A stretch of 64,000 nt of DNA, taken from positions 52,080,001-52,144,000 of the forward strand of contig NC_042997.1 in NCBI RefSeq assembly GCF_006345805.1, given 5' to 3'. Under the pieces are notes generated by a model. It saw only the letters and a program-made list of their open reading frames with translations, was not told the DNA's origin and ran no database searches. This stretch comes from Octopus sinensis (Eukaryota). Below are positions 12,761 to 23,712 of this stretch, one piece after another; position 1 is the stretch's first letter, and each line of letters begins with the position of its first letter. The position numbers and the translations under genes are program-made.

Positions 12761-13126
12761 GTCAACAACTGTCGAATAATGATACTGCAGGGGTATATGT
12801 GGGTGTTATCTAGGAAGATTTCTAGAAATGTAACTCATAGGAGAAAACTTGTTTAAAAATGTCGAGCATTGCAGCACTACGATTACATACACCATTTTGT
12901 GCATGTTGGTTTGTGTTTGTGATCCGCTTAAGCGTATATATGGGATAAATTAAACAACTTTTGACGAGGGAGCTTCACATATAATGTGAGAGAGAACAAT
13001 ATTGGCCATTTGGAGTTTGGCATCTCTTTTACAGTATAAGCCTTTTATGGTTACTCGATTATGAGAGATGTACAGGATCTGGACAAATTTACACCATTCC
13101 ACTTCGAACAATTTTTTCATAAATAT

Positions 13127-13169
<43 letters not shown>

Positions 13170-13500
13170 ACACACAAGGCAGGGGTGAAAAATGTTAGCA
13201 TGTTTGTGTTTGCACACGCGTATATGAGTTTGCAATACACCCGAACTTTCTGTGTATCTCTAGGTGTAAACGTTCTTTTATTTTAGTCCTTTTTTTCCAT
13301 GTTTGCCCTTTATGATATTAGTCTTTATTTCATTTTGCAAGTCAAGGACAACATATTTTACACGTCTTCGAAATAGTGTGTTGTTCACAAGAAGTTGTCA
13401 ACGACATCGATTTCATCGATCTAAGAATGGTAAACAAAAATGCGCGCGTGTGCGCACACTCACTCACGCATACACACATATGTATGCGTATGAGTGTACA

Positions 13501-13533
<33 letters not shown>

Positions 13534-15197
13534 TTATATACAAATAAAAATCCAAATTGAGGGAGTGGAAAAGGTAAAATGCAAGATACATATGTTTCTT
13601 AAGGTAGGGGATGCTTGTGGTATAATAGTTATGCAACGAGCTATGCTCAACGTAGCTAATCATCAGGCTAAGATTACCTTTCTTTCATTAAGTACTTTAT
13701 TTCTGTGTATATAGATATATTTATTCGGTTGCTGACATTTAGCAATGGTTCCTCGCATTGTTTTGATATGCCATTTTCTATCATTAATAAAACTGTCTGC
13801 ATTTTTGACGACATGGGTATGCTAGCGATAATAATAAAACCCTAACCCTCCAGGTCATCTCAATTTTACAAAATAGATAATATACTTTCAAAATGACAAC
13901 AGTGCCATATAGTAGGTGTACAACAATAATGTCACGTTAGCAAAATGTCTGAAATATGTAGACCATAAAAATAATCGATTGCCTTGATTCAGTACAATAT
14001 TGGTACCTATTAGAGCGGTCTCTATAAGCACTGAAGGCAAATTCTACTCCGCTGTGTTTTAAACGTAGAGGGTTTAAAAAGATTGTACATCATTATCAGC
14101 GACTATTTCTAATATTGGCAAAGAGAAACTCATTTTGGGGATAAAGTGTTGATGATTGATTAGATCTGAATACCTGACTGATTTAATCGATTTGAAGATC
14201 TGACTGAGAGCATGAAAACAAAGTTAAAGCGGCAGAATTGAAATTCAGAACGTAAAGGTACTCGCCATAAGATTTAAGCATTTCGTCTTAATCAGAGATA
14301 ATAATCCAACTGACGAGAACTGAATCAATGCAACGACTTGATAGTATCGTTAGGGCATCTGACCTAATGCCTCAGGATCTAATTGCGACCATTACTTTCT
14401 GAGTTCAAGTCTCGCCGTGGTCAGCTCCACAATTTTCCGAAGTCAATAAAATACAATAGCAACCGATTAATTGAATCGATTTAATATTCCTATAAAACAT
14501 TCCAGATACGAATGGAATTATAGCAGAAGGCTAAGTTTGGGGCCACTGACTTGTGGAGGTGAACGTTCAGTCAGTTTTCCATTTAGAGTTTCCGAAGCAA
14601 AAATAAACCTAGCAAACGGGATTCACTTACCGGATGATAGGATTTCTGACATCAAAACACCATATTAATATCGTTAATTACATAACACTACAGAGTTCAG
14701 CGTAATTAATGACAATAATACACATCTGTGTGTATATCATCATTATAAAGAACCACTACAGTGTGAGTAAAGGTATATGGAACAACGATACAGTCATTTT
14801 AATAACGCTTATATTAAAAGCGCGTGCACACACACACACACACACACGCACACACACACACACACATCTTCATTAAGTTTTCTAACAACTATTATGAAAC
14901 AACACTAAGTTTTCTGAAGACGTCAGTTTCATTAAATTAAAAATAAGAATTTCAAATTAAAATATCAGTTTCTTTTGACATAATGCAATAATAGTGTTCA
15001 CTACATTTAAAATAAAAACAATGAAATACAAACATGTAATAGTTCACTTATTAAGAAAGCCTGGGTAGGAATAAAGAAGCCGTTATTCTTGAAATACTGA
15101 ATAACGCTACTCTTCTATATTTGAGAGATGAAGAATTATGTACATTATTTACATTATTAACATTTGACGGATATTTGTCCTCATCTTGTTTGTTGTT

Positions 15198-15243
15198 AAC
15201 ACAATGTTTCGACTGATATACCCTCCAGCTTTCATCAGGTGTC
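15198..15243 (-). ncRNA. Degenerate hammerhead motif in inverted arm
   Basis: Minus strand: gacac-CTGATGA-aagctggagggtatatcagtc-GAAACATT-gtgtt; stem II base and stem III palindrome mutated relative to 17410-17455. Confidence 0.55.
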
Positions 15244-15359
15244 TTGGGGAATTTCGAACCTGCGTTCTCATTCCTAAGGTATGCCCACGGGCATATGGCG
15301 CAGTGGTTAAGAGTGCGGGTTACTAACCCCAAGATTCCGAGTTCGATTCCAAGCAGTGA

Positions 15360-15418
<59 letters not shown>

Positions 15419-15465
15419 TCGAAAAATACCTTAGGAATGAGAACCCAGGTTCGATATTTCCCCAA

Positions 15466-15511
15466 GACACCTGATGAAGGCCGGAGAGTATATCAGTTGA
15501 AACGTTGTGTT
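15466..15511 (+). ncRNA. Hammerhead motif with weakened stem II
   Basis: gacac-CTGATGA-aggccggagagtatatcagtt-GAAACGTT-gtgtt; core intact, stem II has G.U pairs and a mismatch. Confidence 0.6.
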
Positions 15512-17237
15512 AACAACAAATAAAATGAGGACAAATATCCGTCAAATGTAAATAATGAGCTCTTCTTTCTATAAATCGTTTATATTACACATGTCCTCGA
15601 CCTATAAGAGTTAAATATTTGAGGTATTTTGTATTTAAAATTAGATTATTCATAGACACTGCGTTCATTTGATTGATTGCTGTCGCCCTATCAACGTGGA
15701 AACTTAATATCTATAGTGACCATTGTCTATTAAAATATCATTCCATTTCATTGAATACATAACGTCTGTGATGAGCTTTTAATAAGACTAAAATGAGCCA
15801 ACTCAAACAGAGCAATAACATAAATTCGGATAATTACAGAGCATGTGCTAAATGTTGTACGCAAAATTTGATATTTAACTGAAATTCCCTTCTTATTAAG
15901 AGAAAGCAAACAAAAAATTATTTGCATTTGCTAATGACTCTCAGCTCACTTACAAACACACATCTCATATTAGTAATCTGAAAGCACGAATGGGTAATAC
16001 GAATAACATGAAAATACAACATACTGTCGTGACACCAAGGCATGTTTTGTAGACATCTATTCAATTATTTATTAAAATACTTAGACCAATCCTCTCCATA
16101 CACTATCCCATTGCTACACTTGAGATTAACTTTAAAAGAATTTTATATTATTTAGTAGTTATTGTCTCAGTTTCAAATTGTATTATTCTCATATTTCTAT
16201 TTACTCAAAAGTTTTGGTTTCTTTTTTTTTCTATTGTTTTGGACTACCACAAACAAACATTCGGTAAAACCCAGAATATTACTGACCAACGAAGTCAAGC
16301 TATTTTTAATTTAAAGAAACTTTCTAAATATTTTTGTTAAGAAAGACAATGTTACAAATCTTGCTTCATCAATTTGCGACATTTGCCCTCCATGTATCCC
16401 ATATATAGGCTTCTACACTAATTCTCCTACCTGAGTAGGATTCACTATAAAACCAATCTCTTCATTTTTCAAGCCTGTGAAATTGTTCGACTTTTATAAT
16501 TTTCTCGAGGGTTCAATGATAATAAATCAACATAAATTAGTTTTAGCTGGAAATAGAAATCGAGACACAGACTTTAATTATCAAGAACTTATTTCTTGCT
16601 CCGCATTGCTGAATCAAATAAACTTCGAGCGATAGTTCACTTATTAAGAAAGCCTTGGTAGGAAAAAAAAACTGTTGTTCTTGAAATACTGGATAGTTAG
16701 TTGGAAATAACTCTCTTCTCTTCTATAAAGTGAAAAGTCTATTGGAAATAACTGTTGTTCTTGGTCTTTCATTGGAAATTAGATATTGATCTGCATCCTT
16801 TATTTAATTTGAAGATTTTGTTTTCTTGATCCTACTAAAAGGGAAATTTCAGTTAAATGAAAATTTGTTTTTACGGTGACGCTGTATGACCGAATGACTA
16901 AGTTCGTTTCGCTATCATAAAATCTAGGTTCTGATGCGTGGCATCTTGGGCAAGTATCTTACACACATATATGTGTGTGTATATAGCCTCGGGTCAACCT
17001 ATGCCTTGTGAGTGAACTTTGGTGTACAGAAACCCGTTGGATAAACTGTACCTGTAATTCAAAAGTTACCCCTTTTACTATGTAACACTGTTTCCACGCT
17101 AGAATTACATTAAAGACAAACACGATACTGTGGACTAACACTTTTACACTAATCAAACAACTGAGTACTGATAGCTGGAAATTCTGGCGGAGATTCATTT
17201 GTTTTAGTTCGTCATTCAATATAACACCCCTTAACTT

Positions 17238-17481
17238 CTCTTCAACGGGCATATGGCGGAGTGGTTAAGAGTGCGGGCTACTAACCCCAAGATTCCGCGT
17301 TCGATTCTAGGCAGTGACCTGAATAATAATAATAATAATAATAATAACAGTAATAATAATATCGAAAAATACCTTAGATATGAGAACCCAGGGTTCGAAA
17401 TTTCCCCAAGACACCTGATGAAGGCTGGAGGGTATATCAGCCGAAACGTTGTGTTAGCAACAAACAAGATGTAAATAATGT
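17238..17481 (+). mobile_element. Second copy of the tRNA-head/(AAT)n/hammerhead element with 12-bp TSD
   Basis: Same head and tail as 15283-15557; direct repeat accccttaactt at 17226-17237 and 17482-17493. Confidence 0.8.
17410..17455 (+). ncRNA. Minimal type I hammerhead ribozyme (Penelope-type, palindromic ACGT stem III)
   Basis: gacac-CTGATGA-a-GGCTG-gagggtatat-CAGCC-GAA-ACGT-T-gtgtt; stem I 5 bp (one G.U), perfect 5-bp stem II, one extra A after A9, GUU cleavage triplet. Confidence 0.8.
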
Positions 17482-18154
17482 ACCCCTTAACTTGTTTAAT
17501 AGTCAAATGAATTTAATAATATTAAATATATTTCCAATTTTACTATTCATGAAAAGGAGTCGTACGTTATTGAATTCTGAATTATTGAATAAGAGAAACG
17601 TAGAAATGACTTTCTATGTTCTCCAAGGGTGTTAGTGAGGCAAGTGGAGTTTAAAATTACTACAACCGATAATCGAAACCGAAAACAGATTTTTCGCTAA
17701 GATTTTATTGCTATACTACTTTGAAGTAGTATGAATATTTTATGTGATCATCCTGAACTTAGGAACGTAAAAAATGTATTTGTAGGGTAATTTTGAAGTA
17801 GGTTTAGTTAATGCCTTTTTTAATAGCAGATTTGAACTATTGTTGAACTTAGATTGAGTTATTCGACAGAACAAACACAAAAATCAAAAGATCTGATGTT
17901 GATTTTTTTCAACGTATGTTATTTAAAATGCGTTTACAAACGTCTTCATTGTAATTATATTATTGTCATGCTTTGTCAAAGTAATGGCTTGAAACTTTTG
18001 ATGTTTTATTGTTATGGTTCGTTGGCTGTATAAATTAACTTTGATAAAGATGTCAAGAAAAAGATAATATAAAGTAACTGTGTGTATGTATATGTACACA
18101 CACACACACACAAACACACATGTTCACAACAAGCCAACAATGGTTTCTATTGTA

Positions 18155-18478
18155 TTGACATATCTTTAATTATTTATGCGCCCTTTTCAAGCCTAGCCAG
18201 GCTCATGGGCCCGGTTTCCCGGTTTCTGTGGCGTATGTATTCCTCCCAGCTGGACGGGCGCCAGTCCATCGCAGCGTTACTAAAAAAACAGAAAGAATGA
18301 TTGAGAGAAAGTTGGGGCGAAAGAGTACAATAGGGGTCGCCACCACTTCCTGCCGGAGTCTTGTGGAGCTTTAGGTGTTTTCGCTCAATAAACGCACACA
18401 ACGCCCGGTCTGGGAATCGAAATCGCGATCCTCCGACCGCGAGTTCACTGCCCTAACTACTGGACCATTGCGCCTCCA
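18155..18478 (-). mobile_element. tRNA-derived SINE family D
   Basis: Minus head ggaggcgcaatggtccagtagttagggc...tttcgattcccagaccggg; second copy at 39338-39601. Confidence 0.75.
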
Positions 18479-18491
18479 CATTGACATATCT

Positions 18492-19146
18492 AGATACTGA
18501 AAATATCATTGAAATTAATATTTCCGAAAATACATGTTAACACAAAGTTTTCAAAACGATACAAAATTAATTAAATTCAAAGTTTACTATGTTTAACAAA
18601 AAGATAGCTAATTGTCATAACTTAAAATCTCTGTTTCTAATTGTTGTAACGTTTCTTATGTTTATTTTTTTATTTTTTCGTTATCCACACTAATAGATGA
18701 ATACAAAAATTTCTTAGATTATACTTCCTCTTAGTGCTCTTTTTGCAGAAAACGTTCATGACTGGAAATGGCTCTTTTCACTTTGACCGGCAGATTTAGA
18801 AAAATAATTTCTTTGTAACTAAACACTTTTAAACTTCGTATACTGGTAGAATGTGTCACATAAAACATCTTTTTTCTCTTGGTGTTCTTGAGAAAATTCT
18901 GTAGTTTGTAAGCTATTTCTTGTTTAATTTCTCGCGACACATATGTGACACATTCTACCAGTATACGAAGTTTAAAAGTGTTTAGTTACAAAGAAATTAT
19001 TTTTTAAATCTGCCGGTCATAGTGAAAAGATCCCTGGAAATATTTCCTTAGTTCATTTTGAATTTAACTAATTTTGGATCGTCTTAAAAACGTTATGTTG
19101 GCCCATATTTTCGGAAATATCAATTTCAGTGATGTTTTCCACATCT
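18492..19146. repeat. Nested foldback / MITE-like element
   Basis: Imperfect outer inverted repeats (about 18492-18580 vs 19058-19146) and near-perfect inner arms 18773-18862 vs 18942-19030 (one substitution, one indel). Confidence 0.75.
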
Positions 19147-19460
19147 AAATATATTAATACAATAGACACAATTGTCGGCTTTATAAGGTGAATTCTACAT
19201 TAAAGATGCAATTTTTTCTATACGTATTTTTGCTGTCTAATACTCTGAATTTCTTGAAATTCTTCTAAATGATACTTGAATCTACTTGTCATAGATAAGG
19301 AATTACCTTAGATGAGTATTCTACTTACATTTACTGCAGTTTGAGTGTTGGATATAGTTAGCCAAATTCGTTTAAAACTGAGTGCTTTATTGATATCTGC
19401 CTGGGTTTTTAAACCCTCTTTTTTCTTTTAACTGTATATATATATATATATATATATATA

Positions 19461-19852
19461 GGCGCAGGAGTGGCTGTGTGGTAAGTAGCTTGCTTACCAA
19501 CCACATGGTTGCAGGTTCAGTCCCACTGCGTGGCATCTTGGCCAAGTGTCTTCTGCTATAGCCCCGGGCCGACCAATGCCTTGTGAGTGGATTTGGTAGA
19601 CGGAAACTGAAAGAAGCCTGTCGTATATATGTATATATATATATGTATGTGTGTGTGCTTGTGTGTCTGTGTTTGTTCCCCTAGCATTGCTTGACAACCG
19701 ATGCTGGAGTGTTTACGTCCCCGTCATCTAGCGGTTCGGCAAAAAGAGACCGATAGAATAAGTACTGGGCTTACAAGAAAAAGAATAAGTTGCTCGACTA
19801 AAGGTGGTGCTCCAGCATGGCCGCAGTCAAATGACTGAAATAAGTAAAAGAG
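19461..19852 (+). mobile_element. SINE family A, near full length
   Basis: ggcgcaggagtggctgtgtggtaag head, B-box-like ggttcagtccc, internal microsatellite, tail ...cagtcaaatgactgaaataagtaaaag. Confidence 0.85.
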
Positions 19853-20036
19853 TACATACATACATATGTTGTGGCTGTGTGGTAAGAAGTTTACTTCCCA
19901 ACGACATGGTTCCGGGTTCAGTCCCAGTGCATGGCACCTTTGGCAAATATTTTCTACTATAGCTTCGGGCCGACCAAGCTATAGTGAGTGGATTTGTTAG
20001 ACGGAAACTGGAAGAAGCTCATCGCGTGTATATGTG

Positions 20037-20478
20037 TGTGTGTGCTGGCTCTTGAGCCTCTGCTGCAGAAGTTGGAGGCCACGGGGAGTGACCCGTGTGA
20101 TCTATGTTGCGGTAGGAGGGCGACGGCACATGCGGATGATGTCACCATCATCGTGTCTGATAAAAGGCAGTTGCCTCGTGTAGAAGACGCCATCAAAGGA
20201 TACGAAGCGGTGGCAGGAGCAAAAATTAACCAAGAAAAATCAGTCGGCTTGCAACTCGTGGGACGTTGGACGGAGGGCTCAGTTAAATTGCTTTGGATCT
20301 GGTTTGGACCAGATCTCCAGATGGAGAAAACTGGAGCGATGTCATGGGCAAGGAGACGGTCATAACCCAGACTTGGTCTGAGAGGTCGCTATCCTTGCTA
20401 GGGAGGGCCGAGGTTGCACAGGTGTTTATAGCACCGGTGATAACCTACCGCCTAACCGTTGTGCCTTGCCCCAGGGTG
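20037..20478 (+). mobile_element. Tx1/L1-clade RT fragment inserted in a family A SINE
   Basis: VLALEPLLQKL (from 20042), AHADDVTIIV (HADD at 20129-20140), YEAVAGAKINQEKS, WSERSLSLLGRAEVAQVFIA..YRLTVVPCP with a frameshift. Confidence 0.85.
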
Positions 20479-20615
20479 TGAAAGAAGCTTGTCGTATATA
20501 TCCTCCTTCCCTTCTTTCCTGAGCGTCAATAATACTTTAATTGTTCCACGTCCTGCGTTGCTGTGTTTTTTCTCCTTTTTTTCTCTTTTTTTTCTGTGTT
20601 TTCTTGTTTGGATTA

Positions 20616-20659
<44 letters not shown>

Positions 20660-21443
20660 ATATATATGTACAAAGTAAGATAGGGGTTATGGGTGTAACC
20701 CACTATGGGATAATATTTATCCAATATACTATATATATATGTATGTATATGTATATATTTGTGTGTCTGTGTTTGTCACCCCCACCATCACTTGTCAACC
20801 GATGTTGGTGTGTTTACGTCCCCGTAACTTAGCGGTTCGGCAAAAGAGCCCGATAGAATAAGTACTAGGTTTACAAAGAATAAGTCCTGGGGTCGATTTG
20901 TTCGACTAAAGGCGGTGCTCCAGCATGGCCGCAGTAAAGTGACTGAAACAAGTAAAAGAATAAAAGAATATATAGTGTTCTATTTGGGGACGGTCTTAAC
21001 CATACGCACTATATACTTGCTTTTCACTTCTGCTTAATTGTTATTCTTATTTTAGTATTCTTTGACAAAGGACACTAAGATAAGAATATAAAAAAAGAAG
21101 AAGAAAGCTGATGTGAAAAACAGATATAGAGTACGAGTGGTTAGCTGGCAAAAAAAAGTAGAAAGATATGACCATCCCCACCAAATATAACAATATCTGT
21201 TCCAACACACAATTTCCCATCAGGAATCTAGCAAAACAAATACATAAACGTGTATATATATATATAACCAAAAAATAAGCAACAAGAATGGATCGGTAGT
21301 TTAGTACAACTACCGATCCATTCTTGTTGTTTATTTTTTGGTTATAATCACCGCACATAATTTTATGGGTAATACCATAAAAAATTCTGGTGCATCTAAG
21401 TTAAATACCATATTCATTTGAATCTAAATTGTTTTACTGAAAT

Positions 21444-21484
<41 letters not shown>

Positions 21485-22434
21485 CCAATAATAACAAAAG
21501 CAACAAAAATTATGTCACACCTTGCGCTTACCGAACAACAGAGAAGCACCTACAGGCTTGTTTACGAAGTTCGACACGCATAAATAAATTCTAAACACTA
21601 CCATAGCCTCAATTTTGATCTTATATTTTCCAAAAAACCTTTTCATAACAAGCCAACCATGAAAACCTAATTACCTCCCCACTCAAACACACCCGCTTAA
21701 AGATGAATTTAATTCAACAGAAGCTATACAAAGGCAAGACTCCACATGCATCGCAGTCCGAAGATATGTTTCTTTATTAGCCACATAGCGCTGAACACAA
21801 AGGGGACAAATTACAAAGTAAAGCTTTTCTTTTTGGGGAGAAAAAAAAAATAAATAAAAAAGGGGTAGGTTTTCGATCAAATGGGATCGTAAAAAAGATA
21901 GAGAAAAGAAGCTTAGATAGCTGAAACTTCGAAGTTGTCAGCAACATTCTTGTATAATAATAATAATAATAATAATAAATTTGTTCTCTACAACAAATGT
22001 ATAGAGTCACCCATCAAATTAATATAAAATTGTCTTTGTTCCAACTGAACATAAAATACACACACACACACACACACACACCACATATATATATATATAT
22101 ATACACACACATATATATATGTATATAAGAAAGGGAGATGACAAAGGAATAAATGGTTATCTAATGAACTTCATTAGCTTACCTCTGTTTCTACTATAAG
22201 ATGCAGTGAACTCATAGTTGAGCTCCTGAATATCAACTATGAGTCCACTGCATCTTAAAGCAGAAAAAGCTGTAAGCTACTGGAGTTCATAAGATAATCA
22301 TTTATTCCTTTGTCATCTCTCTTTCTTATTACCGCTCTGTACTCAGCCAACACTGAAACATACGTGCATTGAGTTCTACATCGGGTTCTTGGTCTTCCAG
22401 TGCCGAAGAGAAATATATATACATATACATTAAA

Positions 22435-22655
22435 GGCGGCGAGCTGGCAGAAACGTTAGCACGCCGGGTGAAATGCGTAGCTGTATTTCATCTGCCGTTA
22501 CGTTCTGAGTTCAAATTCCGCCGAGGTCGACTTTGCCTTTCATCCTTTCGGGGTCGATAAATTAAGTACCAGTTACGCACTGGGGTCGACGTAATCCATT
22601 TGTCTGTCCTTGTTTGTCCCCTCTGTGTTTAGCCCCTTGTGGGTAGTAAAGAAAT
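22435..22655 (+). mobile_element. SINE family B
   Basis: Full head and Meta-like body as at 7110-7336. Confidence 0.8.
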
Positions 22656-22770
22656 ATATATACATATACAAGAGTAAGCACATTAATGTGAAACAAGGTT
22701 GGGAAAATAGTACTCAAATATCGGAGGTAGAGTAATATGTTTTATTAATAAAGCTGCAAAACAATCATAA

Positions 22771-22879
22771 AAAACTGTTACTCAGAGTTTCCTGTTCCTG
22801 TTCGTCGGAAGGTTTTGGTTGAGATTCTCAACCAAAATTGTCCGACGAACGAGAAGGGTAAACTCTGAGTAACAGTTTT
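22771..22879. ncRNA. Inverted pair of degenerate hammerhead motifs (CCGACGA core)
   Basis: + copy 22834-22879: aaaattgt-CCGACGA-acgagaaggg-TAA-ACTCTGAGT-A-acagtttt (G12 lost); - copy 22771-22816: aaaacctt-CCGACGA-acaggaacag-GAA-ACTCTGAGT-A-acagtttt. Confidence 0.5.
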
Positions 22880-22992
22880 TGTGATGTTTTTGCAGCTTCA
22901 TATATATATATATATATATATATACACGCGCATTATATTATATATTTTACATGCGTACTGTATATGAATATATATGTATATAAAGTAGTTAT

Positions 22993-23204
22993 ATTTTTCT
23001 ACTCTAGGCACAAGGCCCGAAATTTTGGGAGAAGGGGCAGTCGATTACATCGACCCCAGTGCGTAACTAGTACTTAATTTATCGACCCCGAAAGGATGAA
23101 AGGCAAAGTCGACCTCGGCGGAATTTGAACTCAGAACGTAACGGCAGACGAAATACGGCTACGCATTTCGCCCGGCGTGCTAACGTTTCTGCCAGCTCGA
23201 CGCC
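22993..23204 (-). mobile_element. SINE family B
   Basis: Reverse copy, near-identical body; inverted relative to 22435-22655 and just upstream of the first SLC6 exon found. Confidence 0.8.
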
Positions 23205-23580
23205 TTTAAATACTTATAATATAAGTAGTTATATTGTTGCATTTATATGTTGATCGTTTATAATACTTATATATGTGTGTGCTTGTATACAATATATATA
23301 TATGAATATGTATGTATGTCAATAATCAATGCATTTTAATATTTGCTTAGCACCGTAGAGAAAAAGTAAGGGTGGGGATAATGTCGATATCCTGAGATTC
23401 AGTTCCAGCCCATGTGTTTTTGGCAGACATCAGTTTATTGATGTTCAATCTAAACGTCAACTGTATCAATCTATGCAATCTTGGAGGATCTGAGAAGATG
23501 GCTCCCCTGACAAAACCACTAATAAGTCATCACATTGTCCCACTTTTGCTCACTCCTAATTATTTTTGTTCTCTTTTCAG

Positions 23581-23712
23581 GTGCCTTCTTGATTCCATAC
23601 TTTATCTGTGTAATTATTGGTGGCGTACCGTTGTTTTTCTTGGAAGTGGCAGTTGGTCAGTTTACTGGAACAACTGGGCTCAAGGCTTGGCGTCTATGTC
23701 CAATTCTACAAG
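23581..23712 (+). CDS. SLC6/NSS transporter exon (TM2), phase 1 to 1
   Basis: Acceptor ttttcag|GT, donor CAAG|gtatgt; encodes (G)AFLIPYFICVIIGGVPLFFLEVAVGQFTGTTGLKAWRLCPILQ(G), the canonical SLC6 TM2 signature; 132 bp. Confidence 0.96.

Larger units (their letters stand above)
15113..15557 (+). mobile_element. tRNA-headed, (AAT)n-containing, hammerhead-tailed non-autonomous retroelement with inverted partial 5' duplication
   Basis: Head 15283-15362 with A box (tggcgcagtgg) and B box (gagttcgattcc), (AAT)n 15363-15417, HHR tail 15426-15557; 15113-15282 is an inverted copy of the tail. Confidence 0.75.

Noticed and set aside
15283-15362. tRNA gene (also 17245-17320 and heads at 8785, 18420, 19461, 59680)
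   Set aside because: A and B boxes are present but the acceptor stem does not pair, and each continues into a repeat body; these are SINE heads.
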